This document shows positions 35,850 through 49,130 of a stretch of 64,000 nt of DNA, one piece after another. The first letter of the stretch is position 1. Each line of letters starts with the position of its first letter. The stretch comes from Pristiophorus japonicus (taxonomy: Eukaryota): positions 29,450,001 to 29,514,000 of the forward strand of contig NC_092000.1 in NCBI RefSeq assembly GCF_044704955.1, given 5' to 3'. Under the pieces are notes generated by a model. The model saw only the letters and a list, made by a program, of their open reading frames with translations, was not told the DNA's origin and searched no databases. The translations under genes and the position numbers were made by a program.

Positions 35850-38800
35850 GGTAATGACGTGAATAGCACGTTTAGTGAGTTGGTCACACCGCAGGTAAAG
35901 GGTACACAACCAAATAGTAAATGGGTGACCAGCAGGAAGAGCAGTGGAAGGAAGGTAGTGCAGGGACCATCCCCCTGCAAAACAGATACACCGCTTTGGG
36001 TACTGTTGAGGGGGATGACTCATCAGGGGAAGGCGGCAGCAGCAGCCAAGTTCATGGCACTGTGGGTGGCTCTGCTGTACAGGAGGGCAGGAAAAAGAGT
36101 GGGAGAGCGATAGTGATAGGGGATTCAATTGTAAGGGGAATAGATAGGCGTTTCTGTGGCCACAACCGAGACTCCAGGATGGTATGTTGCCTCCCTGGTG
36201 CAAGGGTCAAGGATGTCTCGGAGCAGGTGCAGGACATTCTGAAAAGGGAGGGTGAACAGCCAGTTGTCGTGGTGCATATAGGTACCAACGATATAGGTAA
36301 AAAACGGGACGAATTTAGGAAGCTAGGAGCTAAATTAAAAAGTAGGACCTCAAAAGTGGTAATCTCAGGATTGCTACTAGTGCCACGTGCTAGTCAGAGT
36401 AGGAATCGCAGGATAGCTCAGATGAATACGTGGCTTGAGGAATGGTGCAGAAGAGAGGAATTCAAATTCCTGGGACATTGGAACCGGTTCTGGGGGAGGA
36501 CCAGAACCAATGTCCTAGGGAGAGTGTTTGCTAGTGCTGTTGGGGAGGAGTTAAACTAATATGGCAGGGGGATGGGAACCTATGCAGGGAGGCAGAGGGA
36601 AATAAAAAGGGAGACAGAGGCAAAAGTTAGAAAGGAGAATAGTACAAGTGGAGGGCAGAGAAACCCAAGGCAAAAAACAAAAAGGGCCACATTACAGCAA
36701 AATTCTAAAAGGGGCAAAGTGTGTTAAAAAGACAATTTGAGGCTCTGTGCGAAATAAGGTGGACGAATTAACTGCGCAGATAGCAGTTAATGGATATGAT
36801 GTAATTGGCATCATGGAGACATGGCTCCAGGGTGACTGAGGCTGGGAACTCAACATCCAGGGGTATTCAACATTTAGGAAGGATAGACAGAAAAGTAAAG
36901 GAGGCGGGGTGGCGTTGCTGGTTAAAGAGGAAATTAATGCAATAGTAAGGAAGGACATTGGCTTGGATGATGTGGAATTGGTATGGGTGGAGCTACAGAA
37001 TACCAAAGGGCAGAAAACGCTGGTGGGAGTTGTGTACAGACCACCAAACAGTAGTAGTAGAAATAAGGGATGTGTGCAATAAAGGTACAGCAGTTATCAT
37101 GGGCGACTTTAATTTACATATATATTTGGCTAACCAAACTGATAGCAATGCAGTGGAGGAGGATTACCAGAGTGTATTAGGGATGGTTTTATTGACCAAT
37201 ATGTCAAGGAACCAACTAGATAGCTGGCCATCCTAGACTGGGTGATGTGTAATGAGAAGGGACTAATTAGCAATCTTGTTGTACGAGGCCCCTTGGGGAA
37301 GAGTGACCATAATATGGTAGAATTCTTTATTAAGATGGAAAGTGACACAGTTAATTCAGAAACTAGGGTCCTGAACTTAAGGAAAGCTAACTTCGACTGC
37401 ATGAGGAGTGAATTGGCTAGAATAGACTGGCAAATGATACTTAAAGGGTTGACGGTGGATAGGTAATGGCAAACATTTATAGATCACATGGATGAACGTC
37501 AACAGTTGTACATCCCTGTCTGGAGTAAAAATAAAACAGGGAAGGTGGCTCAACCGTGGCTAACAAGGGAAGTTAAGGATAGTGTTAAATGCAAGGAAGA
37601 TGCATATAAATTGGCCAGAAAAAGCAGCAAACCTGAGGACTGGGAGAAATTTAGAATTCAGCAGAGGAGGACAAAGGGTTTAATTAGGAGGAGGAAAATA
37701 GAGTACGAGAGGAAGCTTGCCGGGAACATAAAAACTGACTGCAAAAGCTTCTATGTGAAGAGAAAAAGATTAGTGAAGACAAACCTAGGTCCCTTGCAGT
37801 CGGACTTATAATGGGGAACAAAGAAATGGCAGACCAATTGAACAAATACTTTGGTTCTGTCTTCACGAAGGAAGACACGAATAACCTTCCGGATGTACTA
37901 GGGGACCGAGGGTCTAGTGAGAAGGAGGAACTGAAGGATATCCTTATTAAGCGGGAAATTGTGTTGGGGAAATTGATGGGATTGAAGGCTGATAAATCCG
38001 CGGGGCCTGATTGTCTGCATTCCAGAGTACTTAAGGAAGTGGCCCTAGAAATAGTGGATGCATTGGTGATCATTTTCCAACAGTCTATCGACTCTGGATC
38101 AGTTCCTATGGACTGGAGGGTAGCTAATGTAACACCACTTTTTAAAAAAAAAAGAGGGAGAGAAAACAGGTAATTATAGACCGGTTAGCCTGACATCAGT
38201 AGTGGGGAAAATGTTGGAATCAATTACGAAGGATGAAATAGCAGCACATTTGGAAAGCTATGACAGGATTGGTCCAAGTCAGCATGGATTTATGAAAGGG
38301 AAATCATGCTCGACAAATCTTATGGAATTTTTTGAGGATGTAACTAGTAGAGTGGACATGGGCGAACCAGTGGATGTGGTGTATTTGGACTTTCAAAAGG
38401 CTTTTGACAAGGTCCCACTCAAGAGATTGGTGTACAAAATCAAAGCACATGGTATTGGGGGTAATGTACTGGCGTGGATAGAGAATTGGTCAGCAGACAG
38501 GAAGCAGAGAGGATAAACGGGTCCTTTTCGGAATGGGAGGCAGTGACTAGTGGAGTGCCGCAGGGCTCAGTTCTTTACAATATACACTAATGATTTGGAT
38601 GAAGGAATTGAGTGTAATATCTCCAAGTTTGCAGATGACACTAAACTGGGTGGCGGTGTGAGCTGTGAGGAGGATGCTAAGAGACTGCAGGATGATTTGG
38701 ACAGGTTAGGTGAGTGGGAAAATGCATGACAGATGCAGTATAATGTGGATAAATGTGAGGTTATCCATTTTGGGGCAAAAACATGAAGGCAGAATATTAT

Positions 38801-39556
38801 CTGAATGGCGGCAGATTAGGAATGGGGAGGTGCAATGAGATCTGGGTGTCATGGTTCATCAGTCATTGAAAGTTGGCATGCAGGTACAGCAGGCGGTGAA
38901 GGCGGCAAATGGCATGTTGGCCTTCATAGCTAGAGGATTTGAGTATAGGAGCAGGGAGGTCTTACTGCAATTGTACAGGGCCTTGGTGAGGCCTCACCTG
39001 GAATATTGTGTTCAGTTTTGGTCTCCTAATCTGAGGAAGGACATTCTTGCTATTGAGGGAGTGCAGCGAAGGTTCACCAGACTGATTCCAGGGATGGCTA
39101 GACTGACGTACGAGGAGAGACTGGACCAACTGGGCCTTTATACACTGGAATTTAGACGGATGAGAGCGGATCTCATAGAAACGTATAAGATTCTGACGGG
39201 ACGGGACAGGTTAGATGCAGGAAGAATGCTCCCGATGTTGGGGAGTCCAGAACCAGGGGACACAGTCTTAGGATAAGGGGTAAGCCATTTAGGACTGAGA
39301 TGAGGAGAAACTTCTTCACTCAGAGTTGTTAACCTGTGGAATTCCCTGCCAGAGAGAGTTGTTGGTGCCAGTTCATTGGATATATTCAAGAGGGAGTTAG
39401 ATATGGCCCTTACGGCTAAAGGGATCAAGGGGTATGGAGAGAAAGCAGGAAAGGGGTACTGAGGTGAATGATCAGCCATGATCTTATTGAATGGTGGTGC
39501 AGGCTCCAAGGGCCGAATGGCCTACTCCTGCACCTATTTTCTATGTTTCTATGTTT
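35850..39556 (+). mobile_element. Long CR1 LINE (partial ORF1 esterase, degraded ORF2, tail), antisense to ATP13A1
   Basis: ORFs 35921-36559 (IGDSIVR), 37242-38516 and 38851-39276. Same family as 6452-10746. Confidence 0.95.
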
Positions 39557-39684
39557 GTACATCTCGGTCCATTTTATGAAAGAAGTTTCCATTCAGCTAA
39601 ACAGAAGACAATAGAACCAGTCAGAGTAACCGTATCTTAATAATATAGACATGTGGCTGCTCAGACCAGTTTGTAATAGGTTAA

Positions 39685-40110
39685 AGAAAGACAGGCTTGC
39701 ATTTATACAGTACCACCAAACACCCCACAGCGCTTTACAGCTAATGAAGTACCGTTTGAAATGTAGTCACTGTTGTAATGTAGGAAACATGGCAGCCAAT
39801 ATTGCACACGGCAAACTCCCACAAACAGCAATATGATGACTTCAATCTGTTGATTGAGGGATAAATATTGGCCAAGGCACCAGGGAAAACTCCTCTGCTC
39901 TTTTTCCAATAGTGCCATGGGATCTTTTACATCCACTCGAGAGCGCAGACGGGGCTTCGGTTTAACGCCTCCTGCGGTAGACAGTGCGGTGCTCCCTCAG
40001 CACTGCACTGGAGTGTTAGCCTAGATTTTGTGCTCAAGTCTCTGGAGTGGGACTTGTACTCACAACCTTCTGACCCAGAGGAGAGTGTGCTGCCCACTGA
40101 GCCACTGGCT
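39685..40110 (-). mobile_element. Deu-domain SINE
   Basis: Head and tail match the family. Confidence 0.82.
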
Positions 40111-41505
40111 GATAACAATTGATGTGAACAGGTAATGGACAACCTCACCATCAAACTGAGATAGGTATTGCAGCATATTGGGTTCCTTGACTAAGTGTTA
40201 AGTAAATAGGGGCAGAGGTCATTCAGTTGAAATGCCGCCTGGTCAGTGAACTTTGTGGTCAGTTTTCGGCTGCAGGTCAGAAATACCCAGCATTGCAAGA
40301 TTGTTATATATCTGTAATGATGCACGACGACTGAACTGTGACACTTTGTTTCTAACTTATTAAAATACTAGTTTTATTGCCAGTTTTCTCCCTTTTTAAC
40401 AATAAGCCATCAGGTTTCCAATATGTGGATGGCTGAGTCAGTACTGTACATGCAGTTACTGAGTTACTATAAGCTAGGGTGTATAAATAGCCTTGTGGGC
40501 CCCATCAAAATGTAACATGGCATCTGCCCGACAGCTTGACCATCCTATAGTGGCACAGGATTATATAGAATATACAGCAAAAACAGGCCATTCGGCCCAA
40601 CCAGTCCATGCCGCTGTTTATGCTTCACTCGAGCCTCCTCCAGTCTTTCCTCATCTAACTATTACCATAACCCTCTACTCCCTTCTCCCTCATATGCTTA
40701 TCTAGCCTCCCCTTAAACGCATCGATACAATTCACTTCAACTACTTCCTATGTTAGCGAGTTCCACATTCTAACCACTCTTTGGGTAAAGAAGTTTATTC
40801 TGAATTCCCTTTCTCGGTGAAGGCCTCTAGTTTTGCTCTTCCCCACAAGTGAAAACACTCTGCATCTACTCGATCAAAAGCTTTTGTAATTTTAAAGATC
40901 TCTATTAGGTCACCTCTCAGCCTTCACTTTTCAAGGGATGAGACCTAGCCTGTTCCTCGCATTTCTGGTATCATCCTTGTAAATCTTGTTTACACCCTCT
41001 CCAGTGCCTCTATATCCATTTTATAATATGGTAACCAGAACTGCGCACAGTACTCCAAGTGTGGTCTAACCAAGGTTTGATACAAGTTGAGCATAATTTC
41101 TCTACTTTTCAGTTCCAGCCCTCTAGAAATAAACCATAGTGCTTGGTTTGCTTTTGTTATGGCTTTACTGACCCATGTCTCAACTTTTAGTGATTTGTAC
41201 TTCCAGATTCCTTTGCTCCTCAACACCATTTAGATTCTTATTTTCCACCTAATGTGACCTCTTTATCTCGCAGTCATCCTCAGTATAGATTATGCCTCCC
41301 AATTTGATGTTCGCAAATTTAGAAATTGTGTTTTTGATTTGAAAGTCTAAATCATAATACAAATTGTGAAGTGGTCCCAGCACTGATCCTTGTGGGATCC
41401 AACTTCCCACCATCTGCCACTCTGAGTAGCTATCTTTTACTCCTACTCTCTGCTTTCTGTCGTTCAGCTAGCTATCCATTCTGCTAATTGTCCCCAGATT
41501 CATTA

Positions 41506-43328
41506 GAACATAAGAACATAAGAATTAGGAACAGGAGTAGGCCACCTAGCCCCTCGAGCCTGCTCCACCATTCAACAAGATCATGGTTGATCTGGCCGTG
41601 GACTCAGCTCCACTTACCCGCCCGCTCCCCATAACCCTTAATTCCCTTATTGGTTAAAAATCTATCTATCTGTGACTTGAATACATTCAATGAGCTAGCC
41701 TCAACTGCTTCCTTGGGCAGAGAATTCCACAGATTCACAACCCTCTGGGAGAAGAAATTCCTTCTCAACTAGGTTTTAAATTGGCTCCCCCATATTTTGA
41801 GGCTGTGCTCCCTAGTTCTAGTCTCCCCTACCAGTGGAAACAACCTCTCTGCCTCTATCTTGTCTATCCCTTTCATGATTTTAAATGTTTCTATAAGATC
41901 ACCCCTCATCCTTCTGAACTCCAACGAGTAAAGACCCAGTCTACTCAATCTATCATCATAAGGTAACCCCCTCATCTCCGGAATCAGCCTAGTGAATCTT
42001 CTCTGTACCTCCTCCAAAGCCAGTATATCTTTCCTTAAGGAAGGTGACCAAAACTGCACGCAGTACTCCAGGTGCGGCCTCAACCTATACAGTTACAGCA
42101 GGACCTCCCTGCTTTTGTACTCCATCCCTCTCGCAATGAAGGCCAACATTCCATTCGCCTTCCTGATTACCTGCTGCACCTGCAAACTAACTTTTTGGGA
42201 TTCATGCACAAGGACCCCCAGGTCCCTCTGCACCTCAGCATGTTGTAATTTCTCCCCATTCAAATAATATTCCCTTTTACTGTTTCTCCCCCCCCCCCCC
42301 CCCCAAGGTGGATGACCTCACACTTTCCGACATTGTATTCCATCTGCCAAACCTTAGCCCATTCGCTTAACCTATCTAAATCTCTTTGCAGCCTTTCTGT
42401 GTCCTCTACACAACCCGCTTTCCCACTAATCTTTGTGTCACCTGCAAATTTTGTTACACTACACTCTGTCCCCTCTTCCAGGTCATCTATGTATATTGTA
42501 AACAGTTGTGGTCCCAGCACCGATCCCTGTGGCACACCACTAACCACCGATTTCCAACCCGAAAAGGACCCATTTATCTCGACTCTCTGCTTTCTGTTCG
42601 CCAGCCAATTCTCTATCCATGCTAATACATTTCCTCTGACTCCGCATACCTCTATCTTCTGCAGTAACCTTTTGTGTGGCACCTTATCGAATGCCTTTTG
42701 GAAATCTAAATACACCACATCCATCGGTACACCTCTATCCATCATGCTCGTTATATCCTCAAAGAATTCCAGTAAATTAGTTAAACATGATTTCCCATTC
42801 ATGAATCCATGCTGCGTCTGCTTGATTGCACTATTCCTATCTAGATGTCCTACTATTTCTTCCTTAATGATAGTTTCAAGCATTTTCCCCACTACAGATG
42901 TTAAACTAACCAGCCTACAGTTACCTGCCTTTTGTCTGCCCCTTTTTTTTTTTTTTAAACAGAGGCGTTACATTAGCTGCTTTCCAATCCGCTGGTATCT
43001 CCCCAGAGTCCAGAGAATTTTGGTAGATTATAACGAATGCATCTGCTATAACTTCTGCCATCTCTTTTAATACCCTGGGATGCATTTGATTAGGACCAGG
43101 GGACTTGTCTACCTTGAGTCCCATTAGCCTGTCCAGCACTACCCCCCTAGTGATAGTGATTGTCTCAAGGTCCTCCCTTCCCACATTCCTGTGACCAGCA
43201 ATTTTTGGCATGGTTTGTGTGTCTTCCACTGTGAAGACCGAAGCAAAATAATTGTTTAAGGTCTCAGCCATTTCCACATTTCCCATTATTAAATCCCCCT
43301 TCTCATCTTTTAAGGGACCAACATTAAC
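41506..43328 (-). mobile_element. Younger CR1 3' 1.8-kb fragment (TTCTTATG-tail subfamily)
   Basis: ORFs 41769-42083, 42260-42892 and 42921-43364 with RT motifs. Confidence 0.93.
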
Positions 43329-43334
43329 CTGGAG

Positions 43335-43720
43335 CACATAAATTGTTATTTTTCTTGAATACATAAATCCAGGCCAACACTCCAGTGCAGTGCTGAGGGG
43401 GCTTTCGGATGAGACGTTAAAAAAACAAGGTCCTGTCTGCCCTCTCGGGTGGACGTAAAAGATCCCATGGCACTATTTTGAAGAGCAAGGGAGTTACCCC
43501 GGTGTTCCTGCCAATATTTATCCCTCAATCAACATAACAGAAACAGATTATCTGGTCATTATCACATTGCTGTTTGTGGGAGCTTGTTGTGCGCAAGTTG
43601 GCTGCTGTGTTTCCCACATTACAACAGTGACTATACTCCAAAAGTACTTCATTGGCTGTAAACTGCTTCGTGATGTCCGGTGGTCGTGAAAGGCGCTATA
43701 TAAATGCAAGTCTTTCTTTG
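43335..43720 (+). mobile_element. Deu-domain SINE lacking head
   Basis: Core and tail match the family. Confidence 0.85.
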
Positions 43721-44499
43721 TTACTCATTAGCCTATTAGCTTATCGAAGGCCTTTTAAAAATCTAGACATATTAAATCTACTGCATTACTCTCGTCCAAT
43801 CTTTGTGTTACCTCTTCAAAGAATTCAATGAGATTGGTCAAGTAATCTTTCCATTTTGAAATCATGTTGACTATATTTGTTGTTTCTAGATTTTTTTTCT
43901 ATTTTTTTTCTTTTAGTAGGGATTCCATCATTTTCCTACTACCAATGTTAAGCTGACTGGTCCATAGTTCTCCGGACATGTTCTGTCGTCCTTCTTAAAT
44001 ATAGGTATAACATTAGCTAGCCGCCAGTCCTCTGGCACTACACCTTTTTCTCAAAAATTAATGTGTAATAGTGCCTCTGCTATCTCTTCCCTAGATTATT
44101 TTAAAATACAATCAGTCCAGATCAGGGGGTTTTATCTTGAGTTTGATTAGTTTATTTAAAATTTCTCTTTATTTTAAATGCTGTTATATAATTTCTAATC
44201 TCATCTTCTGATGTCATGCCCACCTGATCAGTCTTTTCAGTAAATATTGGAACAATATAATTATTTAATATTTATGCTATTTTGCTATTGCTGTCTGTGA
44301 TTGTATCCTGTCCGTCCCCTAGTGGCTCTATTTCCATCTCAACTTTTCTTTTTAATATAAAAATTGCCTGTAGAATATTTTAGTATTTTGTTTTATGTTC
44401 CTTGATGATTTAATTTCATTGTTCCTCTTCACCCCCTGAATTGTTTTTTGATTTCACTGCTAATCTCTGTATTCTCCCTGGTCATGCTCTCCTCTCCTA

Positions 44500-44872
44500 A
44501 AAGAAGACTTGTATTTATATAGCGCTTTTCACAACCTCAGGGCATCCCAAAGCGCTTTACAGCCAATGAAGTACATTTTGAAGTGTAGTCACTGTTGTAA
44601 TATGGGTAATGTGGCAGCTAATGTGATAATGACCAGATAACCTGTTTTTTAGTGATGTTGATTCAAGGGCTCTTCTTCATTACGACCATGGGATCTTGTA
44701 CATCCACCTGACAGGCCACTAAGTTTAAAGTCTCATCTGAAAGAAGGGACCTCCGCCAGTACTGCACTGGAGTGTCAGCCTAGATTTGTGTGCTCAAGTC
44801 TCTGGAATGGGACTTGAACCGCAACATTCTGACTCGGAGGAGAGGGTGCTACCCACTGAGGCACGGCTGACA
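44500..44872 (-). mobile_element. Deu-domain SINE
   Basis: Head and tail match the family; internal deletions. Confidence 0.82.
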
Positions 44873-44929
44873 CTGCTGTCCATGTACTCAGTATATGTCC
44901 CTTTCCTTACCCTCATTTTTTCCTTTATA

Positions 44930-45128
44930 CTGAACCAGGTGGGTTTTTAACGACAATCCAATATTTTCACGGTCACCATTACTGATACTGGCTTTTTATT
45001 CCAAGTTTATTTAATTAACTGAATTTAAATTCCCCAGCTGCCGTGGTGGGATTTAAACACCTGTCTCCGGATCATTAGTCCTGGCCTCTGGATTACTCGT
45101 CCAGTAACGTAACCACTATGCTACCGTA
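44930..45128 (-). mobile_element. Second tRNA-derived SINE family, 5' part
   Basis: Minus strand GGTAGCATAGTGG (A box-like) ... GTTTAAATCCC (B box-like). Homologous to 58720-58885. Confidence 0.65.
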
Positions 45129-45425
45129 CTTGCATCCAAGAACTGAGTTAAAAAAATCATACAAATCCTTTCAGCCGACAAACAGGAGCCTTCGACCACT
45201 CTGCCTGGTCCCAGGCTTTGTGTCTAACCCACAGCACCAAGTGTCCTTGCCCTATTATTACATTCTCTGTGCATCGGCAGCTCAGCTAGCCCCACTGTAT
45301 TAGTTGCAAATTAACAAAACACACAAAAATTTGCAGCAATTAGTAAAACCAGCCCATTCTCTGCTCCCTTTAAAACTCAATCAAGTTCATCAGGCTATGA
45401 GTATTAGGTAAGGCAGCAGCTTTAC

Positions 45426-45534
45426 CTTTAATCTGTGGTGCTTGAAGGACGAGTGTATGCGCTTTCTGGATGAAGTTGAGCTCTCGGGCCACATGGCAGG
45501 CTGTCAGTGGGTTATCACCAGTGATCATAATTAC
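45426..45534 (-). CDS. ATP13A1: ATP13A1 exon ([36 protein letters not shown])
   Basis: TGDN motif. Long pyrimidine tract upstream. 109 nt, phase 0 to 1. Confidence 0.96.
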
Positions 45535-46215
45535 CTGCAGAGAGACAGACAAACCGGGAAAGAGAGACATGGACAGAAACAGAGTGAGGACAAGACACAG
45601 ACACAATGGAGGAGAGAGGGAGAAAGAGTGTGGGGGGTGGGGAGGGAGGTGAAGGAGGGTGAAAGATGGAGAGGGGAAGAGAGAGAAACACAGTCACAGT
45701 GACAGAAAGCCAACCAACCAGGATTGAGAAAATAGATCAAAGGGAAGGATAAGATGGAAAAGAAACGAGAGAAAAAACAGAGTTACTTAATCTAATTAAA
45801 GCTGTACAATGTAAATTAATGCATCTGTACCTCATGGCTAAGTTTAGCTGAGCTGGGGATTAATATTTTCCCAATGGCACTAACATTTTAGATGCAAGAA
45901 ATATTAGAGGGTTCTCAAAAATGAAAAGTCAACAACAGGTCTGTTAGCCAACTATATTAGTGTGTTGCTAAGGTGATCATTGCCCACCCAGCAACAGCCG
46001 CCATTATTTGTTTGAAATATCACGAATCGTTATTTTAGGCACTTGCCCCCCTGAAGCCTCGACTCGCTGCTAGATGCAACAAAGTGAGGTGATCATTTGC
46101 CAATAGGCCTTAATGACTTCACTGTGGAGGCCAACCTGGCCAACAAAGTAACTGACAAGAGGCCACTGCAAGAAGCACCGTTACTGCATGCAGTCTGATT
46201 GGAAGGCACACCTAC

Positions 46216-46341
46216 TTGATGTGATGCATTCTGGATCTCTTTGATGACCGCTTTCGAATCTGCCTTGAGGGGACAAGAGACGACCATGAAGCCAGCAAAT
46301 TTCAGGTCTGACTCCAACTTCTCGCGGGATATTTCTCGGAC
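46216..46341 (-). CDS. ATP13A1: ATP13A1 exon ([42 protein letters not shown])
   Basis: Matches the ATP13A1 P-domain segment. Canonical sites, 126 nt, phase 0 to 0. Confidence 0.95.
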
Positions 46342-47056
46342 CTGGGAAGGGGGCAGAAAGAAACACGGGGACAAAATTAACAGTTCTTGTGGAAAGCAAA
46401 AAAATCTGGCAGCACCAACACTTAACTACCACATGAACAAGGCTATTACTGCAAAAATTCCAAACCACACAGTCCTGCCGACTGCCAAGGAACATTGGAA
46501 AGCAAATTAACATCTCATTAAATACACAAGTCTCTGAAGGCTTGAGTATGGCACTAGTGTGACACCTAGTGCAATGTAAAAGTGGCTTGTGTGAACAAGG
46601 TAAAAGAGGTTTCTGCGCATTAGAACTATCACAGCAAACAGAACCAATAATATCAATACAGGATGCAATGCAAGGCCCCCCAATCTCAACTACCCCAAGA
46701 ACAGTAACCCTGCCTCCAGTTGGACAAAATAGAAGTTTCTATCTCCCTCATGGCAAAAATTTAAGTGTCATTTTAATCTAGCGACCAACTGATCCCCTGT
46801 GTCATTGCACGTGGAAAACAAAGACCAAGTGAAGCTTTCAGATGAAGCGGGTTAGAAGAGCGGAGTATAATTGGACCAGGCGTGCAGATGTAACTCAATC
46901 CCTATTTTAAACTCATACATTCGGTTCTTATTTTTATATTTCCATTGTCAATTCTTTAGGTAAATTTTCCATTTAGATTGGAAACAGTCTAGGAAAACAT
47001 GTCGCTCTGTATTTAAACCCTACCACCAGGTGCTGCAGGAGGATAGAATTTATATA

Positions 47057-47496
47057 GCCAGCTGTGGCTCAGTGAGTAGCACCCTCGCCTGAGTCAGAAG
47101 GTTGTGGGTTCGAGTCCCATTCTAGGGATTGAGCACATAATCTAGATGGACACCCTCATGCAGCACTGTTGCAGGTGCTGTCTTTCGGATGAGACATTAA
47201 ACCGGGACCCCGTTTTCTCTCTCAAGTGGACGTAACAGATCCCGTGGCACTATTTCGAAGAAGTCCAGGGAAGTTATCCCCGGTGTCCTGGCCAATATTT
47301 AACCCTCAATCAACATCACTAAAACAGATTATCACATTGCGGTTTGTGGGAGCTTGCTGTGCGCAAATTGCTGCCGCGTTTCCCACATTACAACAGTGAC
47401 GACACTCCAAAAGTACTTCATTGGCTGTAAAGTGCTTTGAGATGTCCGGTGGTCGTGAAAGGTGCTACATAAATGCAAGTCTTTCTTCCTTTCTTT
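47057..47496 (+). mobile_element. Deu-domain SINE, near full length
   Basis: A box, B box GGTTCGAGTCC, core, tail. Confidence 0.88.
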
Positions 47497-47544
47497 GGAG
47501 GAAATTGTCATTATAAATGTCAACACAAAAATTTATAATAAGAA

Positions 47545-47900
47545 CGAACTTGCATTTATATAGCATCTTTCACAACCTCAGGCCAATTTAATTTTGAAGT
47601 GCAATCACTGCTATAATGTAGGAACACAAGTTGGGCACAGCAAGGTTTCTCAAGCAGCAATGAGCAATTAAACTGTTTGTGATGTTGGATGAGGGAAAAT
47701 TATTGGCCAGGATATCAAGAGAACTGTGCCATGGGATCTTTTACATCCAGCTGCAGACAGATTCAACTTCTCAACTGAAAGACGGCGCTTTCAACAGTGC
47801 AGCACTCCCTCAGCACTACACTAAAGGGAATGCCTCGATAATATGCTCAAGTCTCTGGAATGGGGCTTGAACCCATTACCTTCTGAATTGGGTGAGTGTG
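47545..47900 (-). mobile_element. Deu-domain SINE, degraded
   Basis: Tail-to-tail with the previous copy. Confidence 0.75.
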
Positions 47901-48619
47901 ATTCCCACTGATGCAATTCGGACACGTAAAATGGGAAAAGTTGATAGCAAGGACACAATAGATTACAGGAAGCACTGTCCTGGCTGATAACAGCGGGCTT
48001 AGCTCCAACTTGGGGCCTTTAAGGCTCAGTACCACACCAGGCAATGAATACATTCATCCATGAATACTCTCCCTTTCCTAAGCATACAGTATTCACTCCA
48101 GAATTTTAATGCATCAGTGCAATTTACAGTAACAGAGCCAATTTTGATCCTAATCTTGTGTTTTTTTAAAATATATAAAAGAATGCAAAAACCTGTGCTT
48201 TGGAAACCACACAAGACCCAGTAAATATTACTCCACTGACTCAAACCGAAATAGGGCTCAGGACAAATTGTGCATGGACAGTGACCAAAGGGCAAAGGCT
48301 TCTTCACAAGAAGAGTGGATGCTATCAGGGTTAGGATTAGGGTTAGGGCAGGCTGCTCTGGTACAACTCCCAGTCACAGTGAGAGAGCAGAACTGAAATG
48401 CCCATCAACACATCACCACTCCACTCAAACACAACCAGTCAAGCTGTTGGTGGGAATCCAATGACCCAAAAGCTTGCTCGATGGGGCATGGCAAGGATTC
48501 GTTGCAGAAATACAAAACTCTAAGACGCACCAATCTGCCCCATAAAATTCACACCCCTTTCAAAGTACGGGAGGATTAAGATTTGCATGCATTAGCTCTC
48601 ATATCACACACAGGTTAGT

Positions 48620-49010
48620 TAAACTTCAGCTCATCGAAAACTCGGCTGCCCACATCCTAACTCGCACCAAGTCCCGCTCACCCATCACCCCTGTGCTCAC
48701 TGACCTACATTGGCTCCCGGTCCGGCAATGCCTAAAATTTAAATTGCTCATCCTAGTTTTCGAATCCCTCCATGGCCTCGCCTCTCTCGATCTCTGTAAC
48801 CTCCTCAGCTCTACAACCTATCCTGCGCTCCTCCAATTCTTGCGCCCCTCCAATTTCCATCGCCCCACCATTGGCGGCCATGCCTTCAGCTGCCTAGGAT
48901 CCAAGTTTTGGAATTCCCTCCCTAAACCTCTACACCTCTCTCTGCTCTTTTAAGATGACCCTTAAAACAATCTTCTTTGGCTCGGTGTCAACGTTTGTCT
49001 GAATACATTC
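48620..49010 (+). mobile_element. L2 LINE 3' fragment
   Basis: ORF 48693-48953 LTDLHWLPVRQ..KFKLLILVF...GGHAFS...WNSLP. Confidence 0.88.
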
Positions 49011-49130
49011 CTCTAATGTTCCAAGTCCAGTCTGCATACAATATAGACAGAATTTAATGTACTACCTGTAGTGAGCAGATATTGAATTTGTGGTGCCCAT
49101 GCTGGTGTCTGAAGTAAAATGGTTACCTGT

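Larger units (their letters stand above)
40560..44480 (-). mobile_element. Older CR1 (40560-41505 and 43721-44480) hosting a younger CR1 and a SINE
   Basis: ORF 40990-41229 [13 protein letters not shown]. The RT region continues after 43721. Confidence 0.75.
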
